The notes beneath the pieces are model-generated. The model worked only from the letters and a program-made list of their open reading frames with translations. It made no database searches and was not told the DNA's origin. Shown piece by piece: positions 24,648 through 36,261 of a stretch of DNA of 64,000 nucleotides (within the stretch, counting starts at the first letter, position 1; each line of letters begins with the position of its first letter). The position numbers and the translations under genes were made by a program. The stretch is from Amoebophrya sp. A120. Taxonomy: Eukaryota > Protista > Dinoflagellata. The DNA lies in contig CAJINV010000017.1 of assembly GCA_905178155.1 (NCBI GenBank), positions 1,046,722 to 1,110,721 on the forward strand, given 5' to 3'.

Positions 24648-25963
24648 ATGGTTTCCGACGGCGCCGCCCTAGTTTCTGCAAAGACGCCTGTTGTTGCCGT
24701 AGAGCATCAAGTCCACATGGTATCAACATGCGACCACCAGGCCGCTACAACAACTGTAGCGTCCGGGAACTGCGCCGGCACAGAAATTTGTGAAGATGCG
24801 ACGTGCGGAGCGCGAGCGGGACCGGGAGTACTTTTTCTCACTCCAAGCACGCTCGCAGAGGCAGAGAAGTCTTTGGAGCAAGCGCTGCGCCATGTAGAAG
24901 TTTCAAAGCGGGGAGGGATAGAATCAGAAGTATCGACGAGCAGAACTGCCGATTGTCGCACCACTGCACAAAACGTCCCGAGGATTTCCCTGTCGATGAT
25001 CGTGCAAAACGAACAACAGAATCAGGATGCTGGCGGCGTTAAGGCCGAAAACAACACGACCAGTACTGAAATCCTCTTCGCACAACATGAAGTAAAAAAG
25101 AAGCGGAAGCAGTTTGCTCTGGATCCGGACTTGCAGCAGCTGTGCTTTGTCAAGGACTTCCAGCGCTTTCCCATTTACGCTGATTATTTGAAAGATTTTC
25201 ATTTCCATTTTGACGCACCGGAATTCGAATTGCAGCACAACATCAGTGAAGATGCAGAAGGAGAACATCAACTACAACTCCCGACCATTACAGATTGCAA
25301 AAATCTGGTCAATGGTGTTGTCTTCGCAGATCAGGAAGGAAATACACATCGGCAAAAATACGACGAAGCAACAGAAGAGGTACTAGTTGTTCCTGATGAG
25401 AACCAGCATCAAAATGCGGAAGATATAATCAACTCGACGAAAAAAAACAAGAACACCCCGCTCATCGAGTATAAAACTAAAACGTGGAAAGTCAGCATCA
25501 CAGAGGACATTACCAGCTCCGGCGTGCCGATTGAAAAAATCGGTCGGGTACTCCCGTATGACCTGCTCAAACGTTACAATCTCAAACGTTACAATAGAAT
25601 CTGGAATTTGTGTTGCAAGAAGTGCATGATCTACCCTACTCCCACAGGATTGCGCATGACAAGTTCTGGAGTCCCAATCCGCACTACAATCTGGCGAAAT
25701 TTGTATTGCAAAAAGTGGAACGCTGTCCGAGTCTGTCATGTTAGTCATGCAAGACAAATCTCAGATTCTATTGTAACGTTTGAGATTGTAACACCTGAGC
25801 AGGTTATATCCCGGAAGTCCAGTTTCTGATGGAAAAAGTCGGGGTCAAGGATTTCGCGGGGCAGAATTACTGCTTCTCCTACGTCGAACAATTGTTGGAG
25901 TTTCTAGAAGTGGAGGACCAGTTTGCCTTCACGGAATTCGTGCAGAAGATCTCGTTCTTGTAG
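24648..25963 (+). CDS. Protein of unknown function; 2 exons (24648-25556, 25814-25963)
   Basis: Removing the introner gives RVLP|EVQFLMEKVGVKDFAGQNYCFSYVEQLLEFLEVEDQFAFTEFVQKISFL*. Confidence 0.65.
25557..25808. mobile_element. Introner sharing termini with the 18-kb element
   Basis: TIR tatgacctgctcaaacgttacaatctcaaacgttacaatagaatct...agattctattgtaacgtttgagattgtaacacctgagcaggttata. Perfect TSD TCCCG. Confidence 0.92.
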
Positions 25964-26632
25964 ATTTTGCCAGGAACTGGAAATTATTCTTACTGGTGAT
26001 GTTGAAGATGATGAATTCTGAAGTAGATCTAGAAGATGTAGATTGCAACGCAAAACTACAAAAGGAAATTTTTACGTATTCTTATTCGAGGGAACCGGAA
26101 CGAAGATCGATGTCGTGTCGTACCTGCGCCGCCAACCAAAAAATAAGGCAGCAGCTATTGCCGATTGGACGACGAGGGAGGCGCTACAATTTTTATTTCT
26201 TCAAGATCTCACAGAGAGGAGTAGAGTGAAAGTAACACGCATGACACACTCAAAAATGCTGCAGGCGAGCGAATCTACAAAATTTGGCGCTGGTCCTGGT
26301 GCCTTACGGCGTCTTTTCAGGAGCGTGAGGGCAGTCGAGTGGTCGTGTTTGTTTGTTGTTTCTGTGTGTCTTAAATCATGTTGAGTTGGACGACGACAAC
26401 AACTTGATGGTTGTTTGTGCACTAACGCGCGCACGGGCACCCGCGGGAGACGAAAATCCTACCTAAACCTGTATGACCAACAAGCTTCGAGCATCAGCGG
26501 TACTAGAGCAATATCTCTAGCACGCGCCGTATGCGTATCGCATTCTATCGAAAAACTTAAACTTCCGACTTTGTTCATCAGTTGCAATAACAATAAGCCA
26601 CAATCTCCGCCTCCGGGGCGAACAAATACAAA

Positions 26633-29600
26633 ATGCCTCCTCCACCCCTACCTGCACGGGAACACCAGCAGTTTCAACTGTTGAGCCATGTCTCTCCGTC
26701 TGTCGTGGCGGACGCCAGTGGGGTCCCCGTCCGCGTGCAACAGCTTTCCACCATTCTGGAGGACGAAGAAGCTACAACCTGCTCGAACACGGCAAATAAC
26801 TCATCTTCCAGCAGTACACTCACAGCGAACGCGAACAAAAGCCCACCGCTGGACAAGTTCCAGGCAGCGGTGAAGGCGGGCACGGTGGATCAGTTATTAG
26901 AACACACCGACGCTGCCGGGCTGGAGCGACTGGTGGAGGAGGTCGTGGCGGAAAGGAGAGCCAAAAGCTCGGTAACGGACTTTCTGAACTCGATTCTCCG
27001 TGAAGTGACAAGGAGGAGCTCGTCGTCACCTCCGTTGGGGGAGCAGGAGGACGAAGCTGAGTGTTTTTTACCTGGCAACTATCTAGTACAACACCAAGAT
27101 CCGTGGCCCACACCGCATGTTGAAAGCCACCACACTGATCAACATGCGTCTAACAACTATCAATATCATCTGCAACTCTCCCCGGATATTGTCGACCCGT
27201 CATTGCTGATTCACGATTCGCTCCAGCTCTCGGCCAGTTTTCGGGGAGACGAAGCTTTTGGTTCTTGGGCGGAACAACAGCAGTCAGAGGGGGAACTTGT
27301 TGGTACACGTACATCATCGACGACAGACGCGAAAAAGAATCAACATCGTGCGCCGACGGATGATAGCGATTTCTACGCGCCATCAAGCACGAGAGCAGTA
27401 GATGTAAACCAACTCGCTGTCGAAGCGACCGTCTCCTCTGTCCTTGAAACCGCGGCGCAGCAGGCTCTGATGCAGCTTGGCGAGGACCACAGTTTGCCCG
27501 TCATGCTTCCACGAAGTACCCCGGGGTCCTCCCCTGATGATGATGATCGACTACAGGTAGCAGGAGCACTTCGCCTTGGACAAAATTTTCATACCAAAAC
27601 GAACTCGTCGGCGTCGAACAGCGCTTCCCTCGACGACGATATCAGTGCTGCTGAGGAGCTAGTAAACCAGCAGGACCACGACGACGACACTATTGCTACG
27701 CCGAAGCAATTGATCGAGAAGAACCCCCGGCGGAGGTCGCTGCATATTGACGAAGTGGAGGAGCAGATCCGCAGGAGCTCGGGACGGGAGTTGACGCCGG
27801 GTGTTGCGGATGCCGAGGATGCGCAGACCGACCAGCAGAATTTTCAGATTTCTCCTAACTTGAATGACGCACACCAACACGATTTTCTTGTCAACGATGA
27901 AGAAGACGATGATGATTTGTCCACGTCGCTACCCGAAGCGGTCATCTTTGCGCCGCCAAGCAGGAGCTGTGTTGTACCACCGCCGCCATTGCCACCGGTT
28001 CTTGCAACGAGTGCTCCACAACATGTGACGAGTTACGAGTTAGATCAAACCTGCTCTCAAGAAAGAACAGCTTGTGGGCCCACCAGTAGTGCGTCTGCAG
28101 CTCAGCCGGCGTGTAATGTTGCCGTTGTTCTTTCACAACCTAATTCGGCGTCTAGTGCAGCAGGAGGGAGTCGGTCCCGGGGGGACTCGCGGGTAGAGAT
28201 TGTGGTCATGGGCGAGCCGCCGTCCATGCCGGTGACGCAAACGAGCTCGCCGGAACTGAATAACGAGGTAGAGGATGTTGAAAGTACCTTTCATTCCGCC
28301 CTTGCTCCTGTTTCTGCACCGGGTGCGCCGGCAACAGCAATTTTATCGGATAGGCCGCCTCATCATCAAGGAGCCCTGTCTCCATCTCGAGACCACCACG
28401 GGGAATATGTTGGTTCTACACAGCTCCTGCAACGTGGTCACGTTCACGACAAAGCCAATGGAGGATCTCCTGCTCCTCTAAATGATCACGACTTCGTCGA
28501 GGTCCTCGACGTGGTCCCACCATCTTCTACACCCTCTCTCGCTGAGAAGGCGGGCGCTCGGTTGCAGCAGGAGGGTGGACGAGGTCTATCGACGGGTAGT
28601 ACAGTGTCCTCCCGCTTCGAGCGGGTTCTCGCCGAGCAGGAACAGATCGAACTCCGGCGCAGATTATCAAATGTAAAAGTGTCTGGGTCTGGAAGATTGC
28701 AACTTGTCATGCAAAATCTGAAGCATGCAAAAATCTGTGTTGCATGATTACCAAAAGTCGTCCACTTTTCACCAAGTCGGGAGGGAGTTTCTCATGCAGG
28801 ATAGGCATGAGAGAGATCGCACAGAATCTGTCATGCTAGGTCCTGCATTCCAGACCTCGTGGGTCATGGACAAGCAGCATGACAAGTCGCGCATTCTTCC
28901 AGACCCAGACATCACTTTTGCACTTGATACAGATTTCACACACGAGCGAGGACCAGGGGCACCATCACAGGCGCGACAGCGTCCGTCTTGATGCAGCAAC
29001 AGCAGCAGCAGCCGTCGGTTGGCAGTGCTGGCGCAGCGGCTCCACGCCCGTCTAGTGGCACTCTTCTAAATGGCGGAACCGCCCCCGCTCGTACTAAAAC
29101 ATCGTCGCCGGGAACTACCTTTGCAGGTATACTAGCCGCGAATGGAACGCAGCTTTCTTTACAACAAGACTTCAAAGCCGAAAACTACACTTCCCATCTT
29201 CAGCACGAACAAGTAGAAGTCGCTGATCTGACGTGGTCCAAGAAGCATTTTTCAAATCTGTACCGCACGCGGGTGTTGAAGAAGGAAGGAGTGAAAGGAG
29301 CTAGTACAGCAGCAGCTGCCAGTGAAGATGGGGCGGGTCGTGCTGGTGTGGAAGCTGGTGCAACAGCAGGCTTGAAAAGATCTTCGTCCAGCAGCAGCAA
29401 GACGTCGGCGTCGAAGAGCTGCCCCTCGGTCAAGCACTTCTTCAAAAAAGAAAAAGATCATCAGCGTGGACCAGCAACAACTCCTGCGTCCACGTCATCA
29501 CCAGGAGGGAATTTTACTGTCGGTGTGCCTGCAGGAGGAAAACGAAAAGAGCATTTGACAACATCAGCATCACATCAACCCGGAGTTCATCCTCCGTCCC

Positions 29601-31459
29601 GAAAAAATTCCAACCCGTACTTGCTCCGAAAAGACAGCAGTATAGTGGAAGAGTACACCTCGCTTATTGGGAAGAAAGCAGAGGCCGAAAGCATCAAGAA
29701 ACTTGGAAGTCGAATGGGCAGAAAAACATCAAATCCAAAAGTAAAAGAGTCGAGTTTGAGTTGTACTACACCGGCGGGAGAAAGTCACAACAAGAATTTC
29801 GCTGCTGCTGATGACGGTGTCGGCGGAGCAGTGAACGTCAAGAAAAACGACCTGCAATCTTCCGCAGCGACCACATACACGAGCACCGCAACTTCGCCTC
29901 ATGCTGTTGACCCCGGTACGACGGAGCAGTTTGAACTACAACTACCGAAGAAATTCCGCGACGTCATCCAAAATCTGCAGGAAGAGCTTAAACTCCGCGA
30001 CACGCGGATCGCGGACCAAGACGCCGTGATCTCTGCGCTGCAGGAAGAAGTAGGGTTTCTGCGGAGCAGTAGACAAATCTTTGTTAGTAACGCCACAGCA
30101 GAACGGGAAATCAGAATGGGGGCTGATCATCAACTACATGCTGAGCAGGAGGTGGAAGCTACAAATTCTGGCGTCAGTAAACACGTCTTGCCGCCCGAGA
30201 ACATCTCTCGAGAAAGCCCACCAGCTACAGAAGCACAGCAGCAAGGAAAGGATAGGGAGGCAGCGATTGCCAGTTCTCCGCCACCGTCCCAGCACCAGCA
30301 GTCGCCGGAAGGAGCGATAGATGCTTCTACGACCTCACGCGCTCTGTCACGACAAAGTAGCGGCAAGCGACTGGTCTCTTCCCCCTACAGCGGTCGGGAT
30401 TTACTGTCCGAGGCGAAATTGGTATTGCAGCCGGGCGGGCAGCACAACAGGAACAGTGATCATGCGACGTTGTCCGATGATGCAGGTATTTCCTCTGCAG
30501 CTGGAGTGGCCGAGGATCTGGATGTTTCCGGAGTCAGGAAAGATGAACGTACTGCGGGAACAGCTGGTACGCCGCAGGAAGAGTGTGCAGAAGTAGCAGC
30601 AGAAGGAGTTGTTGTAGAGAAAAATAACTACGACGAGCAGGCAATCGCCCGCCTTGCCCACGAACGCGTCCAGAAAGTGATCGAACGCGCGGACTGGCAC
30701 ACGCGGCAGCAGCGGCAGATCGAAATGCGATCGCCGAAAAACCTGCAGCTGCACAAAAAAGACAAAAACAAAATATCGTTTCCAACTGCTGGAGAAAAGT
30801 CGCAGTCCGCAGCAGATACTGCAGCTCGACTCGATATTACCCAGGGCGGGGCTACTTGTAGCACTACTTCTTGTGCAAAACTTCGCGTGATAAGCCTGAT
30901 GAGTCCCCCGACGCCGAACTCTATTTTTGGTGCGGCTGCAGCCCCGCCAGGAGACCGATTGCTCGCGAAAGCCGCGGTTGGAACGCCCGCAGTTGATGTT
31001 GTCGGGGCTGAATCTTCAGTGTCGTTTCTGACGAAAAGTAGAGCTGACCATGCTGCTATTGGCGCGCCAGAGCCAAACCCAAAAAAGACGAAGAACGCCT
31101 GCAGCGTCGATAAAAGTACTGCTGTAGCGAACATGAACTGCAATCCCGCAGCTACTGGTAAAGGCTCTAATGGTAATGGTACGGGACCACGACCAGCAGG
31201 TACGCGACCTGCGGCTGTAACGTCTTCAATAACGTCAGCCAAGTCCGGTACTGCAGCAGCTGCTTTCAGCGATCCAAGGAGCGTCATGAGGGACTTCCAC
31301 CAGAAAAAAGCGAAGTCCTCAACCGCAGCACCAACTACCGCGGGAATGGAAAGTGGAGGGAGAAAAACAGGCAAGAAGCGGGAGCCACCCGCGGGCTACG
31401 CTGCTTACTTGCGCAATTTCGCAAAAAAACTTGCCAAGGAGGGGCATAGTGTTTTCTAG
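26633..31459 (+). CDS. Large low-complexity protein with a coiled-coil segment; 2 exons (26633-28664, 28935-31459)
   Basis: The 704-aa and 823-aa ORFs are in the same frame and are joined by removing 270 nt (introner plus TSD): RR|FHTRARTRG. Confidence 0.65.
28665..28929. mobile_element. Introner (gtctgggtctggaa family)
   Basis: TIR tatcaaatgtaaaagtgtctgggtctggaaga...tcttccagacccagacatcacttttgcacttgata. Perfect TSD CAGAT. Confidence 0.92.
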
Positions 31460-32031
31460 TCTTGTGCGGAGCGCCGGCTGTTTTTGAAAAAAATAACCAA
31501 TTGCACTATCTACTTCGTGCGTCAGGCTCAGGTTAGTCCACATGCCATGTGATAAAGCACGCCACTGACGGTTTTTTGAAGCAAGGGAAACGTCATCTAC
31601 CGAAGTTGTATGTGTATCTGCGCTTTTTTTCCTGCAGAGATCGCCGCCAGAAGATATTCAGTTGATTTCGAGATTCTCCGGTTTCATCTTCTATTGCAGC
31701 CTCTTGCTGTTCAACGACGTTTCTATCTTCCCCCCGGGCGACACCGCACAACATTTGTTCCATTCTGTCCATTTACTCGGTCCCGGAGATCATCATCATG
31801 ATCCCCGACTGTAGTTGTGAACAAGAATTTATTTTTTCAATGCAGGTCAACAGAACTAATACTGAAGAAAAGGATGGAGATCACTCAACTGCTCGGTCAA
31901 CAGATCCAAGATGAAGATCTAGATCATCTCTCTTGCGCATTTCTTCATCATCTCACAGATACCGAGCTACTCTGTTGTTCACCCCGTACATGATTTTATT
32001 CGATTTATAGGTATTTGAACTTTGTTTTTGT

Positions 32032-32436
32032 TATAGCCTGCTCAGCTGTTACAATCTCAACTGTTACAATAGAATTTCACTTTTTTCATGAAAAAAATAG
32101 CTATTTAAAAACTAAATAAAAAATTAATTAATTCTTAATGAAAAATTTGTAAATTTCGAAATTTTTCGTCTCCGCCGAAACTGTCGATTTGGCCGTCTGC
32201 GACGACTGGAGCCGCCGCGATTATGATAGGAAAACTTGCTTCCAACCTCACCAAAAGTCAACATGACAATATGAAAATGCATGACCAAGACCATCTGCGA
32301 TATATCGCAGATGGTCTACGAAAGAATATGAAGAGTGGTTGACTTTTGATGGTGTGGGAGGCAAGTTTCATTTGCCAATACTATTGAAGAACCGGCTGCT
32401 GACCAGGCTGTTTCCTCGTGGCTGCGTCTAGGAACG
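32032..32436 (+). repeat. Left TIR of the giant element
   Basis: Reverse complement of 49668-50072. Starts TATAGCCTGCTCAGCTGTTACAATCTCAACTGTTACAATAGAAT. Confidence 0.95.
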
Positions 32437-33468
32437 GCACCCAAACCCCATAGGATTCCGATGATGTCACTTTGGTCGTTTTGTCCGGCTCTTTTGCGGA
32501 GCCCCAAGATAAAAGTGCTTTAAACCCTAACTCGCATCTTTGAAGGGTGTGCTGGTGCTATGAATGAAAAAAATTGTAGGATGTAGTGGCGCTGGTGCGG
32601 AATGAAAAAACTTGTAGGCTGTGTTGGTGCTAGTTGATGATAGTACTACTCCTGATATTGAAAAAGATGCAAAGTAAAAACATCGGGTAGATCAGCATGT
32701 AGCTGAGGCTCTGGAGGGTTGTTTGCGTTGTTGTAGTGTAATCGTGTTCATTTAAAAACAAACGCTTTCGTCACCGAATACAAACAAGCAACTACAACTA
32801 CATCATCGCAAAAGCTCTTGCTCATTTTGTAATCGAAAGTGTCAAACAGCTCTCACGACCTCCTCGCAGCTATGATCGATGACGATTGAACGTCTTCGCT
32901 GGTTGTTGCATTGTTACACTTTTTGAACGAGATGGCAAAAGGTGCGAGCGAGATGATGACGAGAACGAGGACGCACTCTTGATGTCGTGGGACGTATTTT
33001 TTTCTTGAGATTTATTATACCGAGCCAACGCGTTTTGTGGTATCATGGCTACGATCACACTTGATGAAGAAAAGCTGCTATTTTTGTATTAGAATATCAA
33101 CACATCCTCCTGCCCCATTAATTATCAAAAAATTTGAAAGCGCGCCACTACTTCGAAATCATCTTGCCCGCACTTAAAGCGCCACCCTATTTGTAGGAGT
33201 TGGCTGTTATGGTTTTTATTCCAGCTTTTGAACACGTCTTGGTCAACTACAGTGCGTCGGTTTTTTTCTTTGATTGAAATGAAGCTTCATCTCCTGCTAG
33301 TACAAGTAGCACCATGCGACATTGTCTCCGTCATCTCGTGTTTGTTTCATCTTTCGTTGTCAATGCTCAACTCAATCAAAAACCGTAGCAGCTGTTGAGA
33401 GAGACCCTCGAGGCAAAAAAACTTTCCAAAACTACCCACGTGTTGCTCCGTGCATCAAAAGCACAAAG

Positions 33469-36261
33469 ATGGCGAATCGCAATAACAACCCGCTGATGTT
33501 GTTAGGCAAGTCTGCCAAAAACACCGGCAACAACGGCTGGAAGAAAAGCCTGAAGCACTTCACCCAGGCCGAGGGTGAGAATTTGGTCAAAGTCATCCAG
33601 ACCAACGTCATCGACTTGAGCAAAGCCGTCAACGGTGGCTGGACCCTGTTGGACAACCTGCCGAACAAGAAGCTGACCAAGGAAGGCGGCGCCGACCGTA
33701 CAAATTTTTTTTATTAATAGCTACATTGTTATCTTTGGTTTTTGTTGATAATGAATAGTAGGTGGAGGTAGTTCAGTGAATAGTACTTGTTGCATCAACA
33801 TGCTTTGCATCATCACAGCGTCATCATTTTTCTTGAGAACGCATGTTACTTACGAACAAAAATTGATTTCAATTTTATTCAATATCAACACCACAGAACT
33901 GGGCGACATTGCGTACAACACCCAGATCCAGATCCTCGCCACTGGTTCCGAGCAGTCCGCGCAGGATGTGGCCAACGCGTTGCCCACCGAAAGCCACTGC
34001 CTGTTGGCCTGGCGCGCGATGGGCGTCGACATCTTCGGGGTACTTTTTTTTTCTTGATCATGATGCAGCTGTGACGTAGTTGTGTATTTCGTTCTGCGTG
34101 TGAATGTTGGTTCTATCAGCATGAGTAGTACTACAAGTACTGGCTCACCCAGCTGGTGCTGCTGGTGCTCTTGTTGCATGCAAAATTTTTTTAAATCTCG
34201 TCCTCCATGACCACTACTTGTACTATTGCGTCATCACTTCATCTTACATGTCCGTGCGCTTCAATCTTTAGATTTTTTTCATGACCAAAATTTGAATTTG
34301 TAATTGAACATTATAAAAACACATCATCCAGCCGCCGCCGAAGGATCAGATCCTCGACAACTACAACGCGCAGTACACCTGCAAGCACTTCATCCAGTCC
34401 ATCAACAAGCCGGCGTGGCGCGCGGCCATCAATAACGTGGGTGCGATGAAACTGGTGGACCAGGCGAAGGCGGCTGCCGAATTGGACTACAAGAACGCCG
34501 CCGAGCGTAAGGCCGAGGGTACGAAAAAGCGCACCCGCTACCAACTGAAGGACAAGGTGGTCAAAGAATTGGGCCAGGAGTACTACGATCGCATGTTGGA
34601 GGATGACAAGCGGGCGGAGAACAACGGTAACATTTTCAAGAGCCTGACCGGCCATCAGATGGCGCTGCAGGACCGCCCGTGGCAACAGCAGCTGGCGTTG
34701 ACCAACGGTTCCCACATGCCCAGCGCCTCGAGCCAGTTGATGCTGGCGAACGGCCACGCGAACCACCAGCAGACGCACCACCAGCTGACCAACACTCCGC
34801 TTCCGCATGCCCTGGACATGCCGCAGCAGATGTTCAACCCGGTCAACAACCTGCACGGCATGGCTGGCATGTACAACAAGCAGGCCGGTAACATGTACTT
34901 GAACGAAGGAGCGTACAACGCGCAGGACATGATGATGAACAACCGGCAGCAGTACCCCGCGTTCGATCCCAACATGTTGCCGTCGCGCCCTGGCGGTCTC
35001 GGCAGCGGCCAGAACGCGATGCTGGCGATGCAGAACATGCACATGTCCCAGCAGACCGGCGGTTCCCAGATGGTCAACACCCAGATGGTCAACTCCCAGA
35101 TCAATTCCCAGATGAACGGCTCCAAGTCCACCTCTGCCACCGGTCCGTATGGATCCAAGAGCACCCTTGTTGGAGGTGGTGCCAACGCGGGGAAGAAGAA
35201 GCCGACGAAGAGCCTGAAGGGACAGACCGGCTTGACCGATGAGCCGTTCAACTTCACCACCTACCAGGATGACGAGGCGCAGGTCGTGGACACCGCGTGC
35301 GCCGGATCGCAGGCCCAGGAGTTTGCCATGCAGCAGATGATGATGGGTTTGAAGGGTGGCGCCAAGAAGACCGGTGGAAACGGTGCTTCGTCCTCCTCGA
35401 GTTCCGCTTTCGTGAACAAGGGTAAGGGCAAGGGGAAGAAGCTGGCCCCGACGCCGAAGGGTCCGCTCGACGGGTTCGTGGGCGAGGACGACGACTTTAA
35501 CATGGATGGTTTCGAGGGCGAGGAGGATGGTTCGGAGGAGGACGACGAATCGGACGAGACGGAGGAGCAGAACGGTAAGAAGCAGCCGATGAAGAAAGCT
35601 ATGAAGAAGATGATGGCGATGAAGAAGGACGCCTCCACCTCCGCGTCCAACAAGAATTCCGGGAAGCCGGCGAAGGCGACGAAGAAGGGTGTGGACAAGT
35701 GCGCCGAGTTGCAGAAGCTGCTCGCCAAGGGCACCGCGAAGTCCACCGTCGTCAAGAACGGCAAGAACGGCAAGAACGGCAAGAACAAGTAAATCCACAC
35801 CTTCGGTGCCTTCATTGTGTTGATTGATGATTTACACTGCGATGGAAAAGCTTAGAGTACTAAAAAACTACAACGTCGCTCGCTTTTTCTACATACTCGA
35901 CGTAATTCTACTTCGAAACGGAAATATAAGTAGTATAAAACGAAATAGTAAAGCTGTGTCGTCGACTAGTAGTAGTGCGTCGCGCTTCGATTGTCAGACT
36001 TATCAATAACGGCACGAGGAGGCTATATTGATACTACTAGTTTGATAAATTTCTGCAGCTACTAGTAGCCAGCATCGCGTTTATAATTTTCCTACTAATA
36101 AAACTTACGACTACAACATCTCCAGGTCCTGTCCATCGTGCAAGAAGCTTGACTGCAAAAACTTCCTGCGCTCCGATTTAGTCAAGCAAGCCATCGACGC
36201 CTCCTCCGTCTACCGCAACTACATCTTCTCCAATGGTTTGGCGATGAATTTCAAAATGTGA
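33469..36261 (+). CDS. Element-borne protein of unknown function; exons 33469-33697, 33897-34039, 34332-35788 and probably 36126-36261 (otherwise stop at 35792)
   Basis: GT-AG introns join the exons in phase (GAD|QLGD, IFG|PPPKDQ, KNK|SCPSCKK). Very strong C/G-ending codon bias. Q/N/M-rich, acidic and K-rich tracts. Confidence 0.7.

Noticed and set aside
32032-32035. TATA or TA as the target-site duplication
   Set aside because: A perfect TTTGT duplication lies outside TATA on both sides, and the introners show the same 5-bp pattern, so TATA belongs to the TIR.
32316-32507. Short ORFs ending NETCLPHHQKSTTLHILS here and at 49429-49788
   Set aside because: They are near-identical only because they overlap the two TIR copies.
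32521-32530. Telomere-like taaaccctaa
   Set aside because: A single unit with no array.
34311-35798. 495-aa minus-strand ORF (likewise 922-1980)
   Set aside because: Antisense shadow of a strongly codon-biased plus-strand gene.
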